A DNA stretch of 64,000 nucleotides from the NCBI RefSeq assembly GCF_006345805.1, contig NC_042999.1, positions 92,380,001-92,444,000 of the forward strand. The letters are read 5' to 3'. The notes below the pieces were generated by a model. It ran no database searches. It was not told the origin of the DNA and worked only from the letters and a program-made list of their open reading frames with translations. Position numbers and translations under genes: made by a program. This document shows positions 13,314-25,800 of this stretch, piece after piece. Each line of letters opens with the position of its first letter. Positions within the stretch are counted from its first letter, which is position 1. The stretch is from Octopus sinensis (lineage: Eukaryota).

Positions 13314-13902
13314 TGTAACGAACTTCGTGTGAGTGAATATTTTGTCTTGTACTTTCGGGGTACAAGAAAGCAATCACTCACTGCCGTTGCTTTAATAATC
13401 CAGAATTCTACCAGTCAGAAACAACAAAACGCAGACGTAAAATATATATAACTACTTTATTCTCTTTCTTGGTAACAATAACAATAAGTGTGTTATCTGA
13501 TGTCCTTGGTTCGGGGCGCGCAAGGCTGAAAGTTAATCGATTGTAATATTTACAATATTCAGCCGCCAAAAACAGAAACGGATTCAAGATGGCGTCGAAC
13601 AATGGAGACGATGTTGGTCTGCAACAATTTGGTTAAAGGCCTTTTGGTAAGGACTGCTAGAAGCAAGTTCGAACGGAGAGAAAATATGCGTGACCGCCGC
13701 GTTCAATCGCTGCTGTCCCAAGTCCCCGCTGCTGCTGCCAGCGGTCAAACGTTCTACGATCCCCCTGCCTTGGCCAGGGTCGTGCTTCCGGTGGTTCGCG
13801 CATGCGCGAGAGGGCCCTTTCTTTTTGTGCCTTGGTGAAAGCACCAACACGCGCGAAATACAAATGGACGGTGCGCGCGCGCACCGTTATAGTATCACTA
13901 TA
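13314..13902 (-). repeat. 5' LTR (589 bp)
   Basis: Near-identical to 11180-11770; its terminal CA is mutated to TA on the plus strand. Confidence 0.95.
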
Positions 13903-14170
13903 CTAGCTACCTGGATTTGGTGGACTGTCATAGCAATGAAGAAAGGGCCATACAGTCGCCAGTGGAGGTGGGCAGTGAAGATTCACCAGTTCTCTGTATA
14001 AGGCCTATGGAGGCCTGGGCATCATCGCCATGGTTGCTTAGAAAGCATCTAGATGGCACTGGCGAAAAGGCGGTGATTGGTACGGACAATAGAATGCCAC
14101 TTGGCCACAGGACTAGGCTTGATCAATCTAAATCAGGTCGACTGGAGGATGGACAGTATATGTTGTAACG
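13903..14170 (+). mobile_element. Possible L1/Tx1-like LINE remnant, the insertion target of the LTR element
   Basis: Removing a 4-nt catc duplication gives GGLGMPWLLRKH, preceded by PVLC, resembling the post-RT GGLG motif of Tx1/L1. Confidence 0.35.
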
Positions 14171-15285
14171 TACAAGATACTAAATGTGATTACAAGATAT
14201 AACACTGACGATGTATCCAGATATTGTATTTGTAGATATATGTAGAAGGGAATAAGTGTTGAGCAACATGAATGTGAGCCCCATATTCATGTATTAAACA
14301 GTTTTTATCAGTACCTAGTTATGGAATGTATTTAAAATATGCCACAGATATTATCTTGAATGCAAACAAGAAGAAAATATGTCTTCAAGATGTTGACTGT
14401 CAGAGTCAGTATCTCCATCTTCTCCATTGCACACACATTGCAATTACTATAGCAGTCGTTGCATACTTGTTATGTTCTAATTGACTGTGTTGTTGTCTAC
14501 TCTTCTGTTATTTAGATACTAAAAGTATTTTTTCATTGAAGTGAAGCTGCTTCCTTCTTATTTCTGAACACATGTATGAGTTGTGTATATAATCTTCTGA
14601 ATGAATTTAAGTAAAATATGCAAATACTCTTGCAATTTCGACGCTCGATTGAGCTCCAGTATAAATGGAAAAACGCGACAGGATTATTAGAATAAGCAAC
14701 TATAGGGGAGATTTACGATGTAATTTGGCCGCCTCTAATTCCTAGCCTTTTTATTTTCTGAGTTAAATTCATGATACATTAGAAATTGGCAAAGTTAACT
14801 ACAATGTTCAACTCTTTCAACGTAAACCGATCGTTTTTCTAATGAATTCTAATAAAGTAATGGATACTTCCAGAACTTCAAGAACAACTAAAGCTTCATT
14901 TCCATCTTCTTTGCCAACATTATTGGCATTGCGTAGTCATTGTCTTCACCTGTTGCGTCAGTTTAGTGACGTCGGGTCTGAGAGCCATTATTCAGAATAT
15001 ATTGGTGAAGTACAACTTGAAGTATGTGTTGTAGTACAATGCTGGCTATAACACAGAGTAAGGTTTTGGTTTCCAAAGTTTTCAGAAAAAAGCTAATGTA
15101 TCCTTTTTAATACACAACTTATAGTACTAGGAGGACCAATAACTTCGTAATTTATTGAGCTATTTCAGGCTATAAAGAGCTCAAAGTATGTGCGAAGAAC
15201 GTATCTTCAATAGTAATATGCCAATTTACAAAATAGCCTGCATCTACGTTAATTAGAAAGCAGGGTAATTAATATTGATTGTTAC

Positions 15286-15336
15286 CTGAAATTTTCTGGT
15301 CGTCCCTTTAATTGATGTGTTAATGATATCTTCAAC
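15286..15336 (-). other. Candidate 51-nt symmetric exon (unverified)
   Basis: ttgcag|TTGAAG...TTTCAG|gtaaca; the open frame reads VEDIINTSIKRDDQKIS. No homology recognised. Confidence 0.2.
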
Positions 15337-16249
15337 TGCAACCGATATATATGGATTGAATGCAAAGCAGAAACGCAGGGAGTAAATTTTCTTTCCCTAG
15401 GTAAAAGAGAATTTCACTACTTAAAGTAATATCAAGTTTCTTCACAAAGGCTTTAAATCAGAAAGGCGAATCACAGGATGATTGTTCAAATGTCAGCATT
15501 TACCAATTGTAGTTTACTACTTCCATGCATTATAAAAGAAACTGAATTTATAATATTTAAACACTTCACAAGAAACAGTACCCATTCATGGTTACTGGAT
15601 AGCAACTTTTAAATTCAGAATATTTACGACTAACGGTTGAATCTGATATTACTCATGATGTGGTTTTCAGTAGACATTGTAAATACATTTCCTACAGAAT
15701 ATATGAATATTAAACAGCAAACTTCCCAAATAGAATGAAGGTTTTCTTCGCGAAGCCTTTAAATTAAGAATTCCAAAATAAAATTTTATTCTATTTAAAT
15801 AAAACGAGTAAACATAACAGCACAAGAAATGTGTGCTGCCGCAGAAAAGAAACAATTGCAAACGTGATGTGCAAAGAAGGAGATGGTGTACATTATATAC
15901 AAAATGTACCTGTAATAGTAAATATTATACAGAAAAGAAAATTCCAGAATAAAATAATTCTATGTGACATTTAAGAATTGTAATATAGAGTACAGCACTT
16001 GACTAGGACATCAGTGAGTGTTAAGTAGGTTTCTGAAAATGTCTAAACTCACTCGAGTAGTAGCGTGAAACTGGACCATAAAGATGAAGAAAGGTATATT
16101 AAATATCTTACAAGATATAGCTTGGTTTACTGAGACTATCTTTTCACCGAGAAGATAAACGAACAAGCATCTAGCGGCAATTGCAACCAACTCTAAATAA
16201 AAAGAGGAGATATCTCAGGGAGTCATGAATTATCATTAAAGAAAAGACA

Positions 16250-17230
16250 GTTTGCTCCGTTTTTACTGGAGACAAGAAAACAGCAGCGAAAACGTGCTTC
16301 TGCTTTGTCTAGTCGTCATCAGCACTGCATTGTCCTTCCTTGACTCCAAATAAATATATGACGTAGACGTACAAAAAAGGAGAAGAGAATATTCCAAGAT
16401 ACACAAAGATATCCACCATTTCAAGTCTTTTTCCTCCCACAAACATGTCCGACTACACATACGCTTCCTCAACTGGTGGAGTGTACATGAACTTTGTCTT
16501 TTTTTCACTAAGTCATTTAGTCCAAAATACTGACCTTGTGCCAAAATTTGAGACCAATATTTAGTTCAAAAGCAGTGCATGCATCGGAGAAGCTGTACGT
16601 CCTTCGCTGAATATGTCACAAAATTCGTATTATCAGCGAAAGTGTCGCCTGTTTTGGCTTGATGTTGAAAATTCTTAGATTAAAGACTTTGTTAGAGGTT
16701 CTAAATGGCATATATTCACCAAATTCTAAGTCTAAGGCATACGTAAGTAGCATAGCAAAGTATATGATAAACAGAGTGGTTGATGAAATGTCGTCTTCTT
16801 TGATACAATTTTACTTTGGAATTGGTTCTGAAAGTATTTCATTGAAGTTTACTCTTTCTTTATGTTTGCCGAAGTTTATTTGAATATGCCAACAAATTTA
16901 GAGGGCATCTAAGCTTCCCTAACATGACCCACAGTGCACAAAGATTAAAAGTATCGAAGGTCTTTGTAATGTCCACAAATACTTGACACATTGACACTGG
17001 TTGCTCAACACATTTATCCTTTAGCCGGCGGGTTGAGAAAATCATGTCCATAGCCTCAATCAACACTAGGTCTCAGGGATGGTACCATAGCAAATCCATT
17101 TCCATGGACAATTCAGCAAAGTCTTGGATAAAACTTTTCCTACTGATATACTACGATAATTACAATAATCATGACATTCAGATTTGGAGCCTTTGCTTTG
17201 TAAATGGACAGTGGACGGACTTGCAATGCT
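16250..17230 (-). mobile_element. Decayed RTE-clade LINE (RT fragments)
   Basis: DMIFSTRRLKDKCVEQ...FVDITKTFDTFNLCALWVMLGKLRCP (RT domains 2-3) and HQLRKRM...WEEKDLK (post-RT). Frameshifted and internally deleted. Confidence 0.8.
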
Positions 17231-17286
17231 ATACAAATATAACTAGCTCATGAATGACCCTAACAACAACATCTCCGCCAACGTGA

Positions 17287-17373
17287 TATTCCATCCCAAC
17301 CTGGTGACATACATACATACATACATGCATACATACATACATACATACATACATACATACATACATACATACA

Positions 17374-17400
<27 letters not shown>
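17287..17400. repeat. (ACAT)n microsatellite
   Basis: Directly visible. Confidence 0.95.
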
Positions 17401-17405
<5 letters not shown>

Positions 17406-17414
17406 AGATACGTA

Positions 17415-18793
17415 CAGGGGGTTGGACAAAATAATACAAACGCCTTAAAATTTCAAACAAATATATTTTAATATAGGGTACGACCGCCTTTGGCAGTAAT
17501 TACAGCTTGAATTCTACAAGGTATGGACTCGACTCGTGCAAAGTTTGAATTGTTTCCAAAGGAACATTTGTCCATTCTTCAGCTAAAACAGTCTCCAGTT
17601 CTTGTAGTGATGATGGTGGAGGATATCGACTCCTTACGTGTTTTTCTAAAATGCACCATAAATGTTCAATAATATTGAGATCTGGGGACTGTGCTGTCCA
17701 GATAAGATGTTCAACTTCACTACAATGTTCCTTGTGCCATTAAGTAACAACTTTAGCTGTTTGAATTCGTACACTATAATCCCGAAAGAATGCGTTTCAC
17801 CCCGGAAACATTTTCGCAGCCTTAGGATGAATTTGTTCAGTTTAAATTGTCTTGACTATTAATTCTGCCATGAAAGGAAACCATTTGGTCGGCGGATTTC
17901 CAAGGTATAGCGCCCCCGGTTCATCACAGATCCTCCTCCATGTTTAACAGTTGGAAGAAGGCAGTTTGGATCAAATGCTTCTTTTGGCTGTCTCCACACG
18001 TATACTCGGCCGGCGGTCGGAAATAAGGTAAAGGATGACTGGTCCGAGAAAATAACATTCTTCCACTGCTCTAGGGACCAATTCTGTAGGTTTTTTACTC
18101 TACTTTAAACGCTTTGCAACGTTTGTTTTTGAAAGTAGTGGTTTTCTGATTGCAGCCCACCCGTGAAATCCGGCGATCAGTTCTTGTGGAAACTAAGTTC
18201 TTGAGGTGATCATTAAGCTCTGCAGTAATTTTGGGAGCTGTACTTTTGTGATCCTTTCTAACAATTCGCGTAAGAGTCTAACGGTCCCTATCTGAAAGTT
18301 TTGGTTTTCTTCCGGAGATTTGTTTCAACTACGAGGTTTTCTGCCTCTTTCTCAAAGGCTGACATTACCTTCGAGATAGTACTTCTTGATAAACCAAACA
18401 TTTCGGTTGTTTTCGTTGCGCTAGCACCTGCCATACAAACACCAAAAATTTGACCTCTTTGAAAGCCCGACAGATCTGTCATTTTAATGAATTTTAATTA
18501 CCTTTTTGATAAACCAAACATTTCGGTTGTTTTCGTTGCGCTAGCACCTGCCATACAAACACCAAAAATTTGACCTCTTTGAAAGCCCGACAGATCTGTC
18601 ATTTTAATGAATTTTAATTACCTTTTTCTGATGATATCTGAAAAGAACCAGCAACTTTAGCAAAACATTATGCAACACTAATAATAAATGAAAGAAAAAA
18701 CAACATAAAATGTACAAGTTTTTGACGGTTTTATAGATATTTCAAAATTATGATGCTATAATGCTAGGTGTTTCCCTGATTTTGTCACCCCTG
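17415..18793 (-). mobile_element. Full-length decayed Tc1-like transposon with DD36E spacing
   Basis: TA-flanked imperfect TIRs CAGGGGGTTGGACAAAATAA / CAGGGGTGACAAAATCA. N-terminus MTDLSGFQRGQIFGV...SRSTISKVM; C-terminus FFRDYSVRIQTAKVV...WTAQSPDLNIIEHLW. Stops and frameshifts present. Confidence 0.9.
18386..18625. repeat. Perfect 120-bp tandem duplication inside the Tc1 element
   Basis: 18386-18505 equals 18506-18625 and includes the transposase start codon. Confidence 0.95.
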
Positions 18794-18825
18794 TATATGT
18801 ATATATATTTGGGCGTGTGTGTGTA

Positions 18826-18871
<46 letters not shown>

Positions 18872-19351
18872 ATAAAATTCAAAATAAGAAAATGGAGAAA
18901 TACATCTAAATCAAATATCAATTATATCAAATATATATATATATATATAATATATATATATATACATACATACACACGGACATATGTCTATATCTATAAC
19001 TATCTATATATATATATATTATATAATACATATTTACACTCACACACACACATACATACACACACGCATAAAATCTCTATTTCTAACATCCAAGGCTTAA
19101 TTGAAAATCACTAGGCTTTGTGTGTTTGGAATATTCCCCAAGCTGATAGAAAGACCCTTCTTCGGAATGGGGCTAGGGAAGGCTAACTATGTACAAAGTA
19201 ATGCTAAAAACGTTAAAAATGTTAATAGGAATCAAATGCTCATAACATCGTTACAGGGAGATAACTCTTAATTTTCTATGATAATCGTCGCTTTTTAAAC
19301 TGAATCTCTTAGAATCAGGCCATTTAAATAACTAGTTTTCTAACCAACAGT

Positions 19352-19763
19352 TACTCTTTTACTCTTTTACTTGTTTCAGTCATTTGACTGTGGCCATGCT
19401 GGAGCACCACCTTTAATCGACCAAATCGACGCCTGGACTTATTCCTTGTAAACCTAGTACTTATTCTATCGTTCTCTTTCGCCGAACCGTTAAGTTGCGG
19501 GCACGTAAACACACCAGCATCGGTTGTCAAGCGATGTTAGGGGGACAAACACAGACACATAAACATATACACACACACATACACACATATATATATACAT
19601 ATATACGACAGGCTTCTTTCAGTTTCTGTCTGCCAAATTCACTCACAAGGCTTTGGTCGGCCCGAGGCTATAGTAGAAGACACTTGCCCAAGGTGCTGTG
19701 GGACTGAACCGAGAACCAAGCGGTTCGTAAGCAAGCTACTTACCACACAGCCACTCCTACGCC
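19352..19763 (-). mobile_element. tRNA-derived SINE, family B, with internal CA/TA microsatellite
   Basis: Minus strand GGCGTAGGAGTGGCTGTGTGGTAAG...GGTTCAGTCCC...CTTGGGCAAGTGTCTTCT, ending in (TAAAAGAG)-like tail repeats. Confidence 0.9.
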
Positions 19764-19794
19764 TATAAATAAAGTTGTTTTATATTTCATCTTT

Positions 19795-19972
19795 TCTGTT
19801 ACTTGTTTCAGTCATTGGATTGGGGCTCTGCTGGGACACCGTCTTTAGTATCCAAGTACTAAATTTTCTCATGTCTGGTGTTTATTCTGTTGGACTCGTT
19901 TGGTGAACTGCTAAGTTACAGAGACGTAACCGAACCAACACCAGTTGACAAGAGGTGGCAACCCCTACCCAC

Positions 19973-20010
<38 letters not shown>

Positions 20011-20110
20011 CAAGCTACTTTTAGTTTTCTTCTACCGAGTCCGCTCACAACACTTTGGACCATCCGGGTAAAAGACACCCAAGATACTACGCGATGGGAC
20101 TGAACCCCGA
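19795..20110 (-). mobile_element. Diverged SINE family B copy with internal (GT)n
   Basis: ttacttgtttcagtcatt...gctaagttac...gggactgaacccc parallels the 19352 copy. Confidence 0.75.
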
Positions 20111-20116
20111 ACATAC

Positions 20117-20280
20117 ATGCATACATACGTCCACCCATCCATCCAACCATCCATCCATCCATCCATCCATCCATCCATCCACCCATCCATCCACCCATTC
20201 ATCCATCCATCCATCCATCCATCCATCCATCCATCCATCCATCCATCCATCCATCCATCCATACGTACGTACGTACGTAC

Positions 20281-20311
<31 letters not shown>

Positions 20312-20370
20312 CATACATACATACATACATACATACATACATACATACATACATACATACATACATGTAT
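20117..20370. repeat. Compound (CCAT)n-(ACGT)n-(ACAT)n microsatellite
   Basis: Directly visible. Confidence 0.95.
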
Positions 20371-20389
20371 ACATATATAGCATAGATAG

Positions 20390-21192
20390 AGATACAGGAA
20401 AAGCACTAAAATGTGACAACCTATGCAGACTTTGTGGAGTTAACACCCAAGATATCATAAGCAGTTGTCCGAAAATGTCATCACGGTATTATCTACGGTT
20501 AATGTTGTCGCTATAACGAGATTCATCGAAAGGATAAGCCCGAGGACAAAAATATAAGAATCCACAGTATGGTGGAAGCGATAGACACTCAAAAGAAAAA
20601 GGAGTACTGATGGAATGATCCAATGAAAACCTCAATAAATTGTAAACAAAATAGACCTGATATGTTCTAAGATAGAGAAGAGAAACCGTGTACAGTTGTG
20701 GAAATCAGCTGCCCAGTGGATGTTAACATAATGCTGAAGATCATTAAAAATGAGAACACCAGCGCTGAACTCTTGAGAGATCTGCAGTTACTATGTCCAG
20801 ATTACAAGTTCACGTTAATACCTGTAGTTATTGGGGCACTGGGATATGTACGACACTGCTTAAATATCAATCTTGAGAAACTAGACTTCTCAAAACCAGA
20901 AGGGAGAAAGCTGATTCGTAGAATACAGATCCAGTCCATCATTAGAACTGTAAACAATCCGTAAAACTTTCCAAAAGTTTATCATTTACGTATATATGGG
21001 CATGTCAAGATATGCAAACATATGCCTGAGAAGATATACATAAAACAAAACATACAAATCTGTACGTATACATGCATACATTAAGAAATACGCTGTTGTT
21101 GATGTTGAAATTCCAATGAAGGAGCCCCAGAACTAGGTGAGAAACTGACTCTTTCCCCTTTGGCAAGAAATCTTGAAATAAAACCGAATAAT
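20390..21192 (+). mobile_element. 5'-truncated R4/Dong-type element, lineage 2
   Basis: CDNLCRLCG...IISSCPKMS (zinc knuckle); EISCPVDVN...LLRDLQLLCPDYKFTLIPVVIGALGYV (REL). The 3'UTR motif caatgaaggagcc...gaaac is shared with the 7260 copy. Confidence 0.85.
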
Positions 21193-21408
21193 CCTCTCTA
21201 TTATAGGCACAAGGCCTGAAATTTACTGGGAGGGAGTCAATCGATTAGATCGACCTCAGTACACAACTGGTACTTATTCTATCGACTCTGAAAGGATGAA
21301 AGGTAAAGTCAACCTCGGCGGAATTTGAATTCAGAATGTAGCGACAGACGAAATACTGGTAAGCATTTCGCCCGGCGTGCTAATGATTATGCCAGCTCGC
21401 CGCCTTAA
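21193..21408 (-). mobile_element. SINE family A with a 14-bp TSD
   Basis: Full head-to-tail copy flanked by TAAAAC[C/T]GAATAAT at 21179-21192 and 21409-21422. Confidence 0.9.
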
Positions 21409-21483
21409 TAAAACTGAATAATGACATACATACATATATTCACAACTGATAAACACTTGCTGGTTTGCTTCAATAGAATATAT

Positions 21484-21526
21484 ACTATACTAGAAAAGTC
21501 TAATGTGGTCGAAACATGTTCGTAGT
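21484..21526 (+). ncRNA. Degenerate hammerhead-like motif
   Basis: ACTATA-CT(A)GAAAA-GTCTaatgtGGTC-GAAA-CATG-TT-CGTAGT: palindromic ACATGT stem III and 5-bp stem I, but a mutated core. Followed by an (AATA)-rich tail. Confidence 0.35.
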
Positions 21527-23345
21527 TATCCTGTTCTGGGGATAAATAAATAAATAGCAATAAAACAATAAAAATAAAGCACATAAATTAATTTTTAGAG
21601 TATTTCTTGTATTTATCGCCCTTTAATTTTGGGAGTTGTAAGTAATTTCAGCTATTTTATTTTACTTTATTTTATTTTATTTTTGTTTTACTTTAGCTAA
21701 GAATGAAATTTTAATCGTTTGAGAATTTTTTGCATACGCCATTTTACATATCATTCCGAAATTTATCTATCCCATGGGAACTAGTTCTTGTTATCCTTAT
21801 AGTTGCTCTCTCTTCGTATATGTAACTCATCAATGAAACTAGTATCATTTTCCACACTTCTTTTCTGTCATTACTATAACGGCATATGTTTTCTTGAATT
21901 AGAAAACTGCTCACCACCTCCACCAACGCCCTCTCTATACTTATTGTTTCTCCTCATATAGCTATTTTTGTTCTCTACGTGTTTCAGCCTGATAGCATTA
22001 AACAGGTTCCTTAATTAGATTTTTCTAAAATTATAACTTTGAGGACCTGCTTTCCAATCGAAGGCTTTTATCCAAGCATCCTTCAAGTGGTTCATCCAAA
22101 CCATCATCCAAAACATCTACATCAACTTCCACAGTGTCGAAGGAACTGCAGTATGGCCAGTTCACTTTTCTCTCCAACTATTTATCGCGGTTATAACACA
22201 AGCATAGTGCTGTGGCTGAGATGTTGCTCCAACCAACGCATGATTTTGACTGACATAGAAGACCTATTACCACTAACTCCGTTTCTCCACAATCATAGTT
22301 CTGGAGATAAAAGCCGGATTATGAACTCAAGGTGCAAGAACCGCAAAAATCCTGCTAGTCATTTCTTCCGACACTAGCAATTCTCTCAATCACCTCTGCT
22401 AAACTGGTACCTTATTTATCGATCCCCGAAAGAATGGAAAACAAGACAGACATGGTGGGTTTGAACACAGAGAGGAGAGAACCAAAACTAATACCGTAAT
22501 GCATACTATGATAATTCACTTCATCGCTTTGCGGCTGTTTATGGTAGGACGAACTCTTTCTGTATATCTCACAGCGGACGGGTACAGTTGAGTCCATGTA
22601 ATTCTTTAGTTATTTCTTTAAAAACTTGTTTGGTCCAGAAATAGTGAAGCCCTCTGATTGATTGATAGAAAACTGGTAGCTAGATGAACTGGCAGAGTTT
22701 CACTAAATTTTTTGATGGCATGCGTGGAGACGGTTCTACTCTCAAATGCATACAGTTAAGTAGAGACTAGCATGCAGTAAACACGCAAGAACCTTGACTA
22801 ATCAAAGCTATAATCATGATTTAGTTCAATGCTTTTAGCTTTAAAATATAATTTTGCCAAAAACTAAAACTTAAAAATAAACTCAGTCAAAATAAAAGAA
22901 AATAAGACCAATTGATAAAACAATGAAAGCGGGGTAAGGGACACAACTCGAAATTGCAAATTAGTAGACAACAATCTATTAGAAACAGTACTGAAATCTT
23001 CAAAATATATTTCACCATTTAAAAAGATTTGAAGGAACAATGGATGCATTATATGTAAAAAATAAAATAAAAACAGTAACAAAACTGTAACGAAACTGGA
23101 ATACATCTAATGACTATTTTGCTCAACACTACAAATGTACGCAAATTTTTTCAACGGGAAATAACTGTTACCAATATTTTTCTGGAGTTATTACCCCTGT
23201 GTTGATTATGATATTTAACTGGTTAATAGTTGAAATCCGCTCCAAGAGAGAGGGAAGCCGGGAGTGATATATACATACATACATACATACATACATACAT
23301 ACATACATACATACATACATACATACATACATACATGTGTGTGTT

Positions 23346-23385
<40 letters not shown>

Positions 23386-23443
23386 ATTAGAAATATTACA
23401 TTTCTAAATCTCTCAGAGAGATTTATACAGTAGCAGCACGATA

Positions 23444-23810
<367 letters not shown>

Positions 23811-23820
23811 ATGTATGTAT

Positions 23821-23959
<139 letters not shown>

Positions 23960-23984
23960 GTATCTATATATACACACACACACA

Positions 23985-25070
23985 CAGTGCCTCACATTAT
24001 TAGACAAATCAACCTTCTTTCAAGAAATAAATGTGTATTCTTTGGAAACTATTTGTTTTCCCCACTCACTGTTGGAAATACCCATCTGCGCACATTCTGT
24101 TAAAATATATCAGATCTGAGCAGACGGAAACAAACGGCGGCCATTATCGTGTAGCAGCAATATTTCTGCTGTCCCAAATTATTAGGCAGGTGCACAATTT
24201 AAGTGTTATTATGGGTCAGAAACGTGATCTTAGCTCGAATGAGAAGTCTACCATCGTGTCAGAGCTTGAAAAAGGGAAAACATGCATATTAATATAAAAA
24301 ATATAGGGAAGAGATCACCGAACAGTGAAGAAATTTGTGCAGTCTTTTATTTTTATACGGTCGAAGGCAGATAAGGGTAAGTCAAGGGTTGCTTCGAATC
24401 GTATTCTGTCACGTATGAAAAGGGAAGTTGTGCAGAATCTTTGTTTGACATGTAGAGAAGTCTTCAACCGTTGTGGCAGGGAAGACGTATCGAAAATTAC
24501 CAGGTGTCGCCTCTTGAAGCAGGCAGCCAGGAATGTTAAACCTGTTGTAAGGCCCCCTCTGAAGACTGTTCATAAGCAGAAGAGACTGAAATTGGCAGCA
24601 GAATACGTTAAGATAGATTTTTCAACAGTTCTGTTCACTGACGAATGCCGTGATACCCTTGAAGGACCAGATGGCTGGAGTAATGGTTGGGAACCGTCCT
24701 CATCGTTTGAGACACCAACAGTGGGAAGGTGGAGTCATATTTTGGGCTGGCATCGTTGGTGGTATGATGGTTGGGCCATGGAAAGTCACAGATGGCATTA
24801 AGATGACATCGAAAATATAAAGAACAATTTCTAACCGTGGTTCAAAAAGCAAAACCTTTCATTCTAGAGAAAGCTGGTTTTCATGCAAGATAATGCTCCC
24901 GTCTCATACAGCGAAGAATTCCAAGGAATACATGAAGCAAATAAGCTTTTCTGGAGGTCGTTTGCTGGAGTGGCCACTTTGTTCCCTTGATATAACCCGA
25001 TCACGAACCTGTGAAGTGTCCTGAAGAGGCGCGTTTCTCAAGCTGAAAGCCTGTTTTCAAGTGATGTTGC
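23985..25070 (+). mobile_element. Decayed Tc1-like transposon, DD37E (TRT-like)
   Basis: Left end CAGTGCCTCACATTATTAG; MGQKRDLSSNEKSTIV...GRDHRTVKKFV...VLFTDECRDTLEGPDGW...FMQDNAP; after repairing frameshifts there are 37 residues between D and the E position. Right TIR not found. Confidence 0.85.
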
Positions 25071-25379
25071 CCTCAAGGATACAACTGTTCTCACTGTCCT
25101 GTTCTTGTTACCACTTTCACTCTCCGCAAAAGTTCCCAAATTTTATTTAATTTGCTTTGTGGGATGGACTCTTTTAACGAAGTTGCGTCTTGTCGTTGCC
25201 TTCGGAACACGGAGTAGATGAAGCAGGGACAACTGAAGAAGGGGAATATTCTTTATGCTGTATGTCTCTTTCTCTGTTTGTTTTTTATGTTGTTGGAAAA
25301 AAAGTTCGTTTCTATGTTTTTGTTTTTATATTTTCGTTTGTCATTGTGTTCAACGTGTTTTTGATGTCCTGTACCCATA

Positions 25380-25433
25380 TATGCATGTATATATACATAT
25401 ATATGTAGGTATGTACATATATGTATGTATATA

Positions 25434-25525
<92 letters not shown>

Positions 25526-25620
25526 GATCGAATGCCACGCATCCTTTTCCATGTATATGTATATATGTATATATATATATATATCTATACTTAAATATAT
25601 ATATGTATATATGTATATAT

Positions 25621-25673
<53 letters not shown>

Positions 25674-25688
25674 ATATATATATATATT

Positions 25689-25736
<48 letters not shown>

Positions 25737-25800
25737 TATATCTATACTTAAATATATATATGTATATATGCATATAAATGTATATATATATGTATATATA
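25380..25800. repeat. Long (TA)n/(TATG) low-complexity tract with an internal ~160-bp duplication
   Basis: tctatacttaaatatatatatgtatatatg occurs twice, near 25584 and 25741. Confidence 0.9.

Larger units (their letters stand above)
11180..13902 (-). mobile_element. Complete non-autonomous LTR retroelement (TRIM/LARD-like, Gypsy-type cis signals)
   Basis: Two ~590-bp direct repeats with TG...CA ends, CTAG 4-bp TSD (11176-11179 and 13903-13906), tRNA-Trp-like PBS and PPT. The 1543-bp internal region has no recognisable pol. Confidence 0.93.

Noticed and set aside
11274-14001. Paired ORFs inside the LTRs
   Set aside because: They are by-products of GC-rich LTR sequence, with no gag/pol motifs.
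14370-14450. MEKMEILTLTVNILK on the minus strand, resembling bHLH helix 2 of Hes proteins
   Set aside because: No basic region or helix 1, no downstream donor, and the similarity is too short to exceed chance.
18628-18643. CTGATGA-tatct-GAAA
   Set aside because: No stem II can form and there is no stem I or III; it lies inside the Tc1 5' region.
25100-25375. Block containing ACTGAAGAAGGGG, reminiscent of a Penelope terminal repeat
   Set aside because: No GAAA or stem II follows and no ORF is adjacent, so it cannot be classified.
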